A stretch of 59,169 bases of DNA, counting the filler, from Sphacelaria rigidula (lineage: Eukaryota): the NCBI GenBank assembly GCA_964200075.2. It is 6 parts of 6 records of this genome, joined end to end, with 100 filler letters (N's around TTAATTAATTAA, not from the genome) between each part and the next. Parts side by side here need not be neighbours in the genome. Positions count along the whole stretch, not along the records: positions 9,880 to 19,657 come from CAXNAA020007782.1; positions 19,758 to 29,535 come from CAXNAA020007783.1; 4 more parts are not named here. The stretch is one strand, 5' to 3'. This document shows, piece after piece, positions 12,313-24,583 of the stretch. The notes under the pieces were generated by a model. That model was not told where the DNA came from, made no database searches, and saw only the letters and a list, made by a program, of their open reading frames with translations. Position 1 is the stretch's first letter. Every line of letters begins with the position of its first letter. Made by a program: the position numbers and the translations under genes.

Positions 12313-15300
12313 GCCTGTGGACGAGACCCGCTGTCACTGACACGGTAGGATGGCGGTATGTACCGGAGCAACTCACGACAGGTGATGAGGCACCAGAGGC
12401 AGACTTGCACGCGCAGGATAATAGCCCCGCCGCTTACAATCTACGGAGAATACACAAGGGCAGCAACAGCGGCAACCCCGACGACACTGAATTGAGAGCC
12501 GAGCCACTAGGAACACCGCCAAAACACGCTGCCAATACGCCTACTGCGGAGGCTCTTCTCCAATTTCGACGGTTACATATAGACGCGCATGTACACGTTC
12601 AAGCATTTGAGGGGAAGTGGTCCGCCTGCTCGTCTGACTGTGTTCGCACGAGACCGGTCATGTGTACAACACTGGATCTACAGGTGGTACCCAGTGAATT
12701 ATGCGGGGACGAGCTGCCGCGTTCCTCGGAGTCGTGTTACACCGACCAGTGCACTGTGCCGCCCCCTCGAGCGGACGGTAACGGTGGACATGGTGGTGAG
12801 TCCTCAGGAAAAAGCGAAGAAAATACGAAAATGGAGGAAGACCATAGGAAGAAGAGATCAGGGAGTAGGGGAGTCGGAGGCGAGGAGGGTGTGGGAATTG
12901 GAAACGGAAAAGCCGGTGAAGGAGGTGAAGCAAAGGTGGATCTTGGGCGAAAAAAGAAGGGGCAACCGACGCCTTACGAAGGAGCGATGTCTACGCGGAC
13001 GGCACATGAGTATGCGCCGTCGGGGGTGTTGTCACATGAACAAGAAGAGAAGGGCGCTAGCGTGTCCGTTGCGTCTGGTGACGAAGAAACAGCTGGGAAA
13101 AAGGAGAGAGGAGTCGCGGAAGAGCAACCGAGCGGTGGTGTCGGTGTCGGCGGAGGGGCTGCGATGGAACATGACTATAGGTCAGCAGTTGCAGGATCGG
13201 CATCACCACCATCATCAACGACAACAACAGCAGCAGGAGCAGCAGCGGCAGCAGAGACCAAAGAGACGACGCCCCGAACGACAGGTGGTCGCTCTGCAAC
13301 AAACGGGTTCCCGGAGCAGTCGAGGACCGGTCCGCAGAAAGGAGCACCGGATGACGGTGCACCGATGTCGACAAGGGGAAAGGCGCCGGGCCCAAAGGAA
13401 GGACAAGGAGAAGACAAACGGACACCTGGTGTACCAGACGGCCGCTCTGCCGGGCGCCGCAGCGGTGCCAGTTGGAGGAATGCCGGCAGCGATGCTGGGA
13501 ATGTGGTAGCGCCGTCCGAGCGAAGCGGTGCTGATGACGGCCGAGGGGAATCAAAGGAAGACGTTCGTTCCGGCGAGGAGAAGGTATGATGAGGGAAACA
13601 AATGTGAATGCGCTGCTGGCTTGCACTTCTGATATTCTGGGGATGTGGAGGGGGAGAGAGGGGGCGGGTGGTGTACTAATAATATTGCGTGCCGTAGTGA
13701 TGATACATTGGAGAGAGGGCGGGGGGCGGGAGGGGTGAAAAAGGAAAATGAGTGTACGCTCAACTCTTTGGGAACCCGTTGACAATTTTTGTTATCGTGA
13801 ATGGGCATCTTGACTTGAAAATGAGTGGAAATGATGCCGATTCACACTAGTATCGTCAGTGGGTTTCAAAAGGGTTTAACAGGATGTGTAGTTTATACGG
13901 AGCGTCAAGTACATCCCGGTCATGGAACATGGAACTTTGTAACATGTTTCGTAAGTTGCAGTACAGTACAGTCCAGTATAACAAACTCTTGGGTTGTCTC
14001 CATAACCTCGAATTCTAGATGATGACTTGATGGCGGACGGAAAATGTTCTTGTACAGGAGTGAAGAAGCGGTATCAGATCGTTCACTCGCGCACTTCAAC
14101 ACACGCAAGGTGTTGGTGGGGACGTACTCCCGGTGGTAAAAATGAACAGTCGAGTCTCGACCCTTTCTCCCCCGACGTGTTGACAGTAGGAGCGTGCCTA
14201 CCTGCACAACAAACGCTCCGCGTCTAAATGCACACACTTCCACATTCGTCTTTTCCAAACACAAGAAGTGTCTGCTTTTGTCGACGTCGTCACGTTCCGT
14301 AACGTTGTGGCCGCCCCAAACCTTCTGTTTTATTTGTTTTTATGTTTTTGCTTTTAATTCACTCCCCTGAGCAGACATACACGCCCGCCCCCCACTCACC
14401 CACTCACCCCCACCCTTCCCTTGGCTTTGCTTTTTGTGCACCAGTACAACAAATCGCAAGTTCGGGGCGAAAATGTCAACCTTTCAGCGAGGTCCCGGAA
14501 CCGACCGCAGACGATGCAACGAATCGGGGGAGGACCGGGATCGGCCGGAGAACGACGGCGACGGTCGTGGACCGTTATCATGATCGGCTCCGCGGCGGTG
14601 GGATCGTTCCTCGTCGTGGTGTTCATCGCGGTGTCGCAGTATCGAAAAGTGAGAGCGAGAGGTCTGAAAAAGAAAAGAAAAATGTGAAACAGTTACAATT
14701 CGGGGGGCGGGGGGGGGGGGGGGGGATAAGAATTGCAATCATGTTTGTTGGTCCGGAAATGAGGTTGGGAGATATTGGTTGAGGCAGTGAAGAAGTACCG
14801 TGATTTCACCACCACCCCTTCCCCTTCCCCACAAGACTGATTTGAATGCTTTGTTTCGCTTCTCTCGTAAGTAGCCCTCATCCTGTCATGCGGGGAGGGG
14901 GGTGGTGATCCACTGGTCGAATCGCACCATTCTCGGACCAATGTCTTCATTTTTTTCCCCACGAACGCTGATCACACGTTGACATTGAAAGCAAAAGTCG
15001 GGCCTCAGCAACGGTGCATTTTTCACGGACAAGAAGGAGGACGTTACCTTTCCTTCTCGGCATGCTTTGTGTCAGGGTTTGGGATGGGGGGGTTTTGTCT
15101 AGCATGATTATTTTCTTGCTGTAAGTCAACACGTCGGCTGTATGATGAAAGGTCACATGTGTACTACTGTGCTGTACTATACGAGAAGGTGGCCGCGGTT
15201 GAAGTGGTCATGCGGCAATGCCCAGCCGCTCGCTTACACTGGCCATTATCCAAGGATATACCCAAGTTTGAGGCTATATCCAGATGTACATATAATTTGT

Positions 15301-15500
15301 GCAATTTTTGTTCACGACTTCTCCTGCAGCAAAGACCCGAAACTCTTCGTCATCGAAAGGTTGGAAGACTCACCTCTCCCCCCTTTCCCCCCTCCTTTGC
15401 AACCCCTGATTCTCCGTCCGGCGATCATGATCGGGGGTTTTGGTCAGGAGCAGCACCGTCTTCGGGGTATCATGGCTCTCAGCGAGTTTCCTGTGGATAA
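12313..15500 (+). CDS. Single-pass membrane protein with a thrombospondin type-1 (TSP1/ADAMTS-like) repeat, 5'-uncertain
   Basis: Exons 12313-13583, 14445-14648, 15330-15500 (stop), all phase-compatible. TSP1-like GKWSACSSDCVRTRPVMC...VPSELC...SSESCYTDQC at about 12612-12752, then a long low-complexity stalk and a TM segment WTVIMIGSAAVGSFLVVVFIAV followed by SQYRK. Tentative upstream exons: (?)-10610, 10820-10866, 11932/11974-12005. No signal peptide located. Confidence 0.7.
13764..13874. mobile_element. piggyBac-like MITE, degenerate copy of the 6062 family
   Basis: CTCTTTGGGAACCC...GGGTTTCAAAAGGG with TCAA/TTTA flanks. Internal AAATGATGCCGATTCAC. Intronic. Confidence 0.65.
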
Positions 15501-17146
15501 CTACATCAACCCCTTTTGTTCAGTGGAAATGACTCCCGAAGAACGATCTGCGTTCAAATTGTAGCGAAGGGTACCACTTGACTGGCTGTAGTCGCTTGCT
15601 TCCGTGGGGGTTCGAGCATAGCACCATTGACATCGGGCTGGGGTCGGTTGGGCTGCACAATAATTTTCACCGCGTTGTTGCGGGACCCCGCATTGCGGTT
15701 CAGAAGTGTAATAAAGGTGTTGTTTTACTGCACTATAGAGGGACCGTGCACTGTAGTGGGACCTTGCAGTGTATTTCGTATTTTTTGTGTGGCGCACCGT
15801 ACTGTAGTGCCGTGTGGATGCTTGCCGCAACATTTTCTTTTTTGTCATAGCTTGACGTTTGCCTTGTTGTTGGAGTAATTTTTCGCTTTTATTATACAGT
15901 TTGTTTCTTTTTTCTGTATTCTCAACGAGGCTTGTGGTACATACTGCAAGTACGTTTTTGTTGTTGGTGTTGTTGTGTGTAATGGAAGATGGCATTTGCG
16001 TTCTTTCCTTTCCATAGACTTTTGCTCGTGGATTGATATTGCGTGCTGTTTGGTCACATGGAGAATTGCGGTTCGTCCGGTTCGTCGAAGGACAATGGAA
16101 ACGATGAGTTTTGTGTTCGTGTGTTTTGTATATTCTGTGTGTATTCTTTTCACTCTCCCTTCAGCGCGGTGTCGCGTGCATGTGTGTGTCTCACATTTCG
16201 GACAGCAGTACCCCCCCCCTCCCCCGTCTCGGGCAGTTTGAGAAAAAACACTGTGACTTTTTTTCACGTGTAGCGTATTGTTCTGTCCGCCGTTGAGTGT
16301 GTGCATGTATTTGCTCAGTTTTTGAAGAAAAAAAAATCTACTGTAGCGTGAGTGGTCAATCAAACAGATTGTGGTTGACATTTTTTCGTGAAAAAGAGGC
16401 GAGAATACGATTGAGAGTGATAAGCGGTCGATTAGTGAATGAAATAGGTTCAGTATGAACATGCCCCTCCGGGCCTTGTACGACGCCCGATACACTTTAG
16501 GAGTAGGTTGCCACTGAAACCTATAGCAGGATATCGACGTGTAGCTGTAAGCACTCGACAGTATCATGGGGTAGAGAAGGGCACACACAAGATGGAAAAT
16601 CGGTCAAGTTGGAGCGAGAAATTAAATCTCACTCTCACTCATATCCTACCACCCCCCCACTCGTCTTCCGAAAAAGTGGTTGACTGTCGTCTGTGTGATG
16701 ATGCGAATATAGTAACCTGAAAGCGTGCAAGGCTTCTCCATCTCCATCGGTGCTTTTTTCCTTCCTTTTTTTTCCCTTCTCTTTTTATGTCCCGGGATTG
16801 GTTGGTGACCAATAGAAGAAAACTGTCCCTCTTGCTTCTGGCTGTTGTACAGTTAGTACACCGCAGTAGAAGGTTTCACACCCGTCGGACATCTGACGAG
16901 CTACCTAAATGTTACTTCTTATTAGTGTGCACTGATCCGGATCACGAACTAGCTCATCTGGCCGCTTTTCCATATCTGCCCCCTGCAGTGCTGGACATCG
17001 AGCACGCGAAGTGGCGTAAAGGTAGCGTCTTGGCTTCTCAGACCCTGCTGTCACGTGATTTGTGTTTTTGGCGAAGGCATCTGAGAGAGTCCCCTTCGAT
17101 TAGTTATTTTGGGCAGCTCATGAGCTGTCCGACTTGTGGAAGGTTT

Positions 17147-17352
17147 CAAGGGTAGGTTGAGTAGAGTATACTCAATCGCGGAGTATTTCGAAAGTCGTAC
17201 TTAATGTAACACAAATTTGGGGTAGAATTTCAGGAATCGCTTCCCACCTATTTTTTGGGCACGACTCCCAACACCCTACCCTAACTTGAGTACCCCAAGT
17301 AAGTCTTTCAGAATACCCCGCAATTGAGTTTGCTATACTCGACCTGCCCTTG
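17147..17352. mobile_element. MITE, CAAGGG(C/T)AGGT-TIR family, 8-bp TSD
   Basis: TIRs CAAGGGTAGGTTGAGTA / TACTCGACCTGCCCTTG. Flanks GAAGGTTT / GAAGGCTT (1 mismatch). Confidence 0.8.
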
Positions 17353-18753
17353 GAAGGCTTCCATTTCTTTCGGTCCAGTGCGAGTGGTCCGTTTTTTTCC
17401 CCTTTGCTCCTGATCTATAAAATGTTTTTCTTCTTTCCTTTCTGGTCAGTGGGTGTACTGATGGTGTTGACAGTATGATTTTTGTGTATGCTTTGCGCCA
17501 TGAAAGCCCCCACTTGACTAGTAAATATTCCGGGGGATGCGCGCTTTTTCCAAGCGCAGTATCATTGGCCAGGGTGTTCGAGTGGTTTTGTTCATATTGT
17601 CTGACGACTTTTTTTTTTTCAGGGTTTGCTGGGCAGACGCATCTTGATGGGTTTGGCGTTGTGTTGACGAAGTGAACGTCGCTGATGCACCGTGTTCAAG
17701 GACAGCCGCGACAAATGGATGGGGAGCTTCCCCCTGCATGTACGAGCTGGGTCAGCTTGAGGCATCTTTTGGCGCTCAACTAGCTTGCACGGCTCGCTTT
17801 CAAGACTTGAAAGCTGAAATTTTTACACGAGTTTTATTTCGAGACACACCATGACATACTGCTTTGCCCAAAATAATGAAAGAAACGACAAGCTTGGGGA
17901 AGAATGGAAAATTAGAGTCACTCGAAGATGCTGATGAAATTTTCATGTGGCATGAATGAAGATACATACTCATCTTTAATTTGTATTGTTGGCAAATGAG
18001 GGGAAACGTTGTTTCGCATTGAAGTGACGGTACGCGTAAGATTTTAGCTATGTTCAGACGGGCCGTGAACCCCCCCGAGATGGACTCATAAACCATGCTA
18101 CATTTGGGATTCAGAATAATTGTTTTCTACTAGACAAGGTGCCTTCGCTTGAGTACTTTACAGTTTTCGTGGGAATATGTTTTTTATGGTTTGCGATCAT
18201 GCACGGAGGCAGCGGCCACTGCTGCGGTATATGCCAACATTTCACACTTTCTCCCCTCCTGTCCATATGCTTTCGCAACAGTCCTGGTACTTGTGGGGCA
18301 GCGCCCCCCTCCCCGTCCTTGCCTTCGCCATGTTTGCTATGAACAGAAAATCCTCGAAAATGGACCTAACACAACAATGAGGTTCAAGTGGCATAACTAA
18401 ATTGCAGCTTTATGCCCAACGGTTATGCCAAGGAAAATTACCTTTGTTGTACACTTTAGCGTAGCAGTTAGGAACGTGTGCCTAGGTGCACCGAATGAAC
18501 GCGGTATACACGCGTGATTGATGACGATACAACCGGAGGAGCAATGGCGGAGAGGGAGCTCCTCGCCCGTCCTTCGTGTGCCCAAGTTCGGCGATTCCCG
18601 ATAGCTGTAGAGATTTACATCATGTTACCAGCACATGTACACAAATCGCGATGGTGTACGGGCAAGGCGGTTTATTGCTGCACAGCCCCCCAAACATCCA
18701 GGTGCCGAGGGGTGTCGCTTCTTGACTGATACAATCTTCTCTCGTCTGTGGCG

Positions 18754-18891
18754 ATGGCCGATGCAAAGTCCTCTCTGCCTCCCGTTTTGGATAGGACGCG
18801 CCTAATAATGGTTGAGGAGCAGATCGGACTGAGAGTCAACAACTCATTCGAACGTCGGTCACATGCACCTTTCGAATTGTTGCAGGGCACG
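18754..18891 (+). CDS. Possible first coding exon of an unidentified gene, cut off by the contig end
   Basis: ATG-initiated 46 codons (MADAKSSLPPVLDRTRLIMVEEQIG...ELLQGT) ending at a consensus donor G|GTGAGT. No family recognised. Confidence 0.3.
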
Positions 18892-19000
18892 GTGAGTCGA
18901 GGTCTTATCAGAAGTGATTATCACTTTTCAAGAAATCACTTTTGTGAAAAACGACCGATGATTGGTTGCTGCGATACCACCCCCCCCCGAGAAGTGCCAA

Positions 19001-19472
19001 AAAATCACTTTTAACACGGCATCTTATAAATTGGGGATGGATCTTATATTGGGGATGAGAAACCCGGAGAAAAAAAGTCTTCGTATCCACACCAAATTTT
19101 CGGAATATGGTTCCATTTCTTGACCTACTGATAGCTATTGACAACTGCTACACGCCATAGAAATTTGGGTTTCGATCGCCGAAATGTTAGGGTCCTAGGT
19201 GCAAAACCAATTTTGGGGAATTCCGGGTGTCCGAACGGACGCCAAAATGGTTCCGAAATTGATTTTTCACGTAGGACCCGAACATTTCGGTTATCGAAAT
19301 CCAAATTTATATGGCGTGTAGCAGTTGTCAACAGCCATCAGTAGGTGAAGAAATGGAACCATTGTTCGAAGATTTGGTGTGGATACGAAGATTTTAATTT
19401 TCCGGGTTTCTCATCCCCAATATAAGATCCATCCCCAATTTGTTAGGTCTCGTGTTTTGTGCAAAAGTGATT
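19001..19472. repeat. Long imperfect palindrome (foldback/MITE-like)
   Basis: Arms about 19001-19215 and 19255-19472 are reverse complements (AATTGGGGATGGATCTTATATTGGGGATGAGAAACCCGGA exact). The ORF track gives near-identical peptides on both strands. Extra AAATCACTTTT/AAAAGTGATTT copies flank it. Confidence 0.9.
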
Positions 19473-19657
19473 TCAGGAAGTAAAAAAACACTTACTTCCT
19501 GAAATCACTTTTGTAAAAGTGATTTTGTGACACCTCGAACGGGAACATAAAACATCCCGTTGACAGGGGCATAACCGAAGTCTTGACAGACAAGTCAAGA
19601 CAATCATATACGTGAACATGAGGATCGCATTGCCAAAACAAAAAAAAAAACACCACT

Positions 19658-19757
19658 NNNNNNNNNNNNNNNNNNNNNNNNNNNNNNNNNNNNNNNNNNN
19701 NTTAATTAATTAANNNNNNNNNNNNNNNNNNNNNNNNNNNNNNNNNNNNNNNNNNNN
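19658..19757. other. Artificial contig-joining linker
   Basis: N44-TTAATTAATTAA-N44. Confidence 0.97.
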
Positions 19758-19833
19758 CGCTCCGGGAATCGAACCCCACAACTCAACTATCAGAAGGTTA
19801 CGAGGTTACCAACTAAGCCACCGGGGCGGCCGG
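19758..19833 (-). mobile_element. tRNA-derived SINE head (or tRNA pseudogene), truncated at the contig edge
   Basis: Minus strand GCCCCGGTGGCTTAGTTGG (Pol III A box)...GGTTCGATTCC (B box). The anticodon arm does not pair as in a canonical tRNA. Confidence 0.65.
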
Positions 19834-20408
19834 CTGAAGAATAAAAACATATACTAATGTGCTTTCATTTAATTTACGCATGCGGAGAGGTGTGCACTGT
19901 TCGAGGTCATTGCTCATTGATCCGAGCTGCAGTAACACGTTTTCATTCTCCTCGGGTACGCCAGGTTGTAGCTGTAGCAAATGCTGTAGCTCATGTGATC
20001 CATCGAAACTCAATTTCATGGATGTATGATGTAATCTCGAGAGACATCTCTTTCGATCTGGCGTTGCGAAAATATCGTAGCCTCAGACCAAGCCTGGATA
20101 CTGTCAATTTTTTCGGACAAGTTCGTCCCCATATACGAACGCTTTTGGGTTGCCTCAACGTTGAGACTATGTTTCGGCGTGTTACATGTCTGAACACTTT
20201 TCACGACAATTATTTCGAGGCTAAGGTCCTCAACTTTCGATCAACACCACGATAAAGACGTGGATCTCAACGACAATCTCACATGACCTACTGAAGTGTC
20301 TGGAGAAAATGTACGCCACGTTTTCAGGGTTTGACCTAAGTAATCTAGCAACTTGGGTACAGCAATCAAAATCTGTGGTCCAGACGCAATTTTTTTCTTG
20401 CGCACCAG

Positions 20409-22714
20409 GCGTATACACTCGGCGCGTATGACATCACCGACTTATTCCACCCCAGTCCAGGAAAAAAGAGCAGAATCCCGAATCCGAGAAAACACGCCAT
20501 CGGAAGTGTTTGCGGCGTGTGCCTCTACGAGCATAGCGTGCTCTACTTTAGGAACAGAGCAAGAGCAAGCACGGAAATGTACCACAGAAGGTTAGCAACA
20601 CTTGACTGGTCCAGCAGTATTAGAATGTAACTTCTGATGTCACTTTTTGGGCCGAGAATTGGATATTTATTTCAAGCTCAGCGGTTACTGGTGGTACGTG
20701 CTCAACCATCACCTCCTGACGTAGCCTGTATTGCTGTGCTGTGATTCGTCCGTTTGCCTCCCGTCATCCCGGGACGCTGATTAATCAATTGCAGCTGGCT
20801 CGCCAACGCGCCTTCCTCCGAGAGGAGCGAAGTCGGGCGCGCATGTAAGCCGTAAGGCGTAACAGTCGTATTACGTGCCCTATATGAGATAATAGTGCTG
20901 CAAGGAGTCTGCACAGTAGAGCGCAGCAAGGGAGTGCGGTACGTGAACACTTATTATGCGGTACACAGCTTTCTCCCTACAATATCCGTTCCAATACAGC
21001 ATCGCGCTGTACTGTACTGTTTACTCTTGTTGCGCAAAAAATACAACAGGGAGGAAGAAATACTTCGTCAGGAAACAGCGGATCTTGGTATGGTCAACAA
21101 GGAAGACTTCGTCCCCATCCAGTGCGTGCCGAATCCACACGAAAAACGACTACGACTCAATGTGGGCGGGCAGGTGCGCAGAGTTCACGGTGACACAATG
21201 TCATTGTCCAGAAAAGCGGCAGCAAGAACACTGCCGTCACTCACTTGCAACGATTGGTTCACCGTCGGTTGGAGGTAGGGGATACATAATGACCGCCCTC
21301 GACCGTCGATACTCCAGAACTTCAGGGACATCAGAGGGACATTACAAGCCCACTTGAGAACAGCAAGGTTATTTTGAAACAGTTATTGGTGCCAACATCG
21401 AACCGCGCTCTCCTTGGGAATTTCACACGCAGCCATGTGGCTAGATGCGCGGCCCTCCAGAGGCAAAACAAGCCTCCGAAGGCCTTTGATCCCTCTGGAG
21501 GGAACCAAACACTACCGCTCTGGAGGGTCCCGCACCCCTCCGGAGGAGTTTGGGAGTAGCAAAATGCCTCCGGAGGGGTGCGCGGCCCTCCGAGGCAAAA
21601 ACAAGCCTCCGGAGGCGTTTCATCCTTCTGGAGGGAACCAAAAACTAGCGCTCTGGAGGCGTTCAATTCCTCTGGAGGCGTCTAAACCCTCAGGAGGATC
21701 GAAAATTGGCCGCTCTGGAAGAATTTTGGGGGTAGCCAAATGTCCGCGTGTGTTGCGTCTTTCGTGACGCGCCGTTGTGACAACCGTAATTGTGAAAAGG
21801 CAATTGTCCTAGACAGGCACTGGCGGTTCTTTCGTTTGCCCTTCTATTTGCTAGTATCCACATCATCTCCCTCTTCTATGAGCCTCTTCCTACGTCCTTT
21901 GACGAGTAGACGTTTGTAGAGGGAATGTAACCTTCTTCGTCGGCTAGCGGTGAGGGTATTTGTGTTGGGTTGCCAAGTTGAAAATTTCTGCGGTTGATTT
22001 TTCCGTGAGTGTATGAAGCGTGCTTGCTACTCATCCATCAGAAAGGCAGGCGGTGGAACCCACTAGAAGCCTCTATCAACTATCGCCTGATTTGTTGTGA
22101 AACGTTTTGGTCCACCAGCCAGTTGTCTCAAATTTCTTGGTGTCCATGACGATGATCTCGCTCGAAGCCACCCCACCCCGTCTGATTAACTCGGTCGCTC
22201 GTCATCCCCGCTACCTTGCGCTGTCCCCAGATGTTCGAGTCTTCTGAGACAATCTTTCGACGAGACCCCACCTCTCTTCTTGCTGCTCTCTGTGACGAGG
22301 CTGGACCACTCAAGCTTGACGACCGTGGAACAGCGTACGTGGACAGAGACTGGTAATCACCGTCGCGTACAAGCACCGTGCACCCTACACCCTGCTGCGG
22401 GCATTCCTGACATTTTACGTGCGCAGCGATGTGGAATACGTGTCAAAATACAGAAGCATGGCGTCGAGACACATGAGTGCTCGCCGACATTTTCACCCTC
22501 AGGAACCTCTCGTGGTACCTCGCGTCATACTATACCGGACACTCTTATAAGATAACTACAGTACCGGGGCCCAAATGCTAAACAGGTGGATACCATATAC
22601 AGTACCTCTACAGTAAGTTTTTGTGTGTCTGTTCCTGTCAGGTGGATGTTCCGGTTCATCATCAAATTTCTGCGGGACGGGGTTTTGCCTAGTGATTCCA
22701 CGGTGCTGACACAG
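20409..22714 (+). CDS. BTB/POZ (K+-channel tetramerisation, KCTD-type) domain protein, partial
   Basis: Phase-compatible exons 20409-20590, 21050-21173, 22231-22352, 22642-22714 give ...RLRLNVGGQ-MFESSETIFRRDPTSLLAAL...AYVDRDW-WMFRFIIKFLRDGVLP, the BTB_2 signature. Tentative first exon 20022-20120. The expected next exon (L..EA.FY-like) was not found in this contig. Confidence 0.88.
21446..21735. repeat. Array of about 13 palindromic CCTC(C/T)GGAGG cores with a ~133-nt higher-order duplication
   Basis: Cores spaced about 18-30 nt apart. TGCGCGGCCCTCC...GGCAAAACAAGCCTCCG occurs at 21446 and 21579. Intronic. Confidence 0.85.
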
Positions 22715-23788
22715 GTAAGGACAGCGCTACACGTGGTCTGCTCAATACTTCCACTGATATTCGAAGACCGTGCAGGCGATGGAACTCCCACGGTACACTT
22801 CAACGATACGGTTGTATACGGACAGAGATGCACACGTACACAATCACGATGTACGTCCTGGAGGCTTTCATAACACCGATAAAATTCCCCCTCCTCGCGG
22901 AGTATGGTAGTATAATTGCTCACCCGACGATAATCGCTTCTGCTATTTTCGATTGTGCTTGAAAATACGACACGTTTCAGACTGACACGGCTAACACGGC
23001 TAACACGCTAATGGGGCGAGCGATGAACATCTCATCGTGCATGTAGTCGAACCCCACTATTGGTGCCTGGATCCAGAAATGCTTGAGTTCAACTCTAAAA
23101 AAACTAAGGTAGTCGTGTAAAATATGCGATGTTGTCGTTGGGATGGCTACTCGTGCGTTATCGACGAGATGGCTTAGGTAGGATTGTTTTGCCAACGCCA
23201 TATTGCAACGAGCCCAACGAGAAGCTGAATCGCCAAAGTGCATTGTAGTCCTCAACACAGCCTACGTACACCTGTCGCGGATTGAAATGCCACGATGAAA
23301 GATAGCTATAATGCCCTCTGTACAGCACGTGTTCCTTTCTTGCGCTGTACCGTTGTACCATTATTCCGCGAAACGGATGTCACCATGAGACCATGCGATC
23401 GCACGTGATAGTATATATATTTTCCGGCACAAACATTCGAGGGGATGATAGCATAGAGCGGAGTGATCTGGTAATTCGTACCCTGCTTGTTTGGAACAAA
23501 CGAGTAGACGTGGCGTGTCTTGATCATGTGCAATTTCACTCGTCGCGAACACGTTGGGATATAGCATATTGTTCCTGTATCTCAGGCAAGGATTCAAGAA
23601 ATTGATACGAGCTGGGGCCAGCTGACAGTAATTTTGAACGTTTCGGGCCAGGCGGTTGGTAATTCGAAGAGTTGGGAGCTGAAAATTTGACACGGCATGT
23701 TTATAATCACGCGTAACTTGTGAAAAGATGCAAAGAAACAGAAGCAGAAAGGTACAGCTATTTAAATTTTTAGCAAAACAGGAAAAAC

Positions 23789-24205
23789 TTGAGCTCGGAA
23801 ATGGTACCAGTTACAACTGGCCATTATCATTACAATGGTGGTGATGGTAATGATACTATGAAATTTTTGGATAATGGTTTCAAACCATTGTTTACCGTTA
23901 CCGGCTTGATAATCCATTACCAGCTACGTAGGCTACATACAGCCCTTGAAAATTAGTCCAAATTTCACGTATTTGTTTTGCTCCAGTGAAGCCAAATCGC
24001 GTAAAAATGTGCCTCCGGCATGGCACCTCCAGCGGGGCCCTCCGGGGACACCTCGGGCAGGGCCCCCTCTGCCGGGGAGGGCTTTTTGACTTGCAGTTGC
24101 GCCGCTCGATGACCAAACCACTATGTATCATTTTACTGGTTAATGAGTGCGTTACGCGTAACCGTTGAACTGGTTCATGCTTAGACGAACCATTTCCGAG
24201 CTCTA
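23789..24205. mobile_element. hAT-like non-autonomous element
   Basis: TIRs GAGCTCGGAAATGG / CCATTTCCGAGCTC. 8-bp flanks GGAAAAAC / GGAAAAAT. Confidence 0.75.
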
Positions 24206-24323
24206 GGAAAAATGCTATAACTCCGTGAAAATCAAGAAATACGGCGGAACCTTCTTACACGTCGTGGGCACTCACGTGTAGGAGATCCTGGGGAAAAATC
24301 GGCCGAAAATACCTCATATTGGG

Positions 24324-24392
24324 CGCCCCTTCAATCCAAGTGATACAGGAGACGCCAGTTGTGGAGGTCATGAGCTCGAATCCCGACAGATT
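24324..24392 (+). mobile_element. Degenerate tRNA-like SINE head
   Basis: A-box-like TCCAAGTGAT and B-box-like GAGCTCGAATCCC at tRNA-like spacing, followed by a T-run. Confidence 0.35.
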
Positions 24393-24583
24393 CTATTTTT
24401 TTCGTTCCGTCGTTAAGGTAATATATTTGCAGTACATTTTGTTTTTTTTCATTCAGCGGCGGTGCCGTGCGTAAGCAGGTTGGCCTGCAATTCACAGCGA
24501 TATGCTCAAGTCGGACTGCTTTGGTAAACTTGATGAGTGGTGGTGGGACATACAAATGCGGGGTGTACTGCTGGCCCAGCTCG

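Noticed and set aside
12589-13785. Long overlapping ORFs 12589-13509 (+) and 13057-13785 (-)
   Set aside because: These are alternative-frame and antisense shadows of the GC-rich TSP1-gene exon.
15142-15564. Alternative frame for the last exon of the TSP1 gene (KDPKLFVIERLED...)
   Set aside because: It needs a phase-2 junction, whereas the preceding TM exon ends in phase 0.
16860-17675. Possible mini-exons (VLDIEHAKWRK / GFAGQTHLDGFGVVLTK*)
   Set aside because: Too short, no start and no recognisable family. Cannot be distinguished from chance.
19758-19833. Functional tRNA gene
   Set aside because: A and B boxes are present but the anticodon stem is irregular and the 3' end is cut by the contig edge. 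Treated as a SINE head or pseudogene.
18754-20590. Joining the 18754-18891 exon to the BTB exons (phases happen to match)
   Set aside because: The join crosses an artificial linker between apparently unrelated contigs, and a phase match has a 1-in-3 chance.
21446-21735. CRISPR-like array
   Set aside because: The repeats are only ~10 nt and degenerate, the spacers are short and duplicated, there are no cas genes, and the context is a eukaryotic intron.
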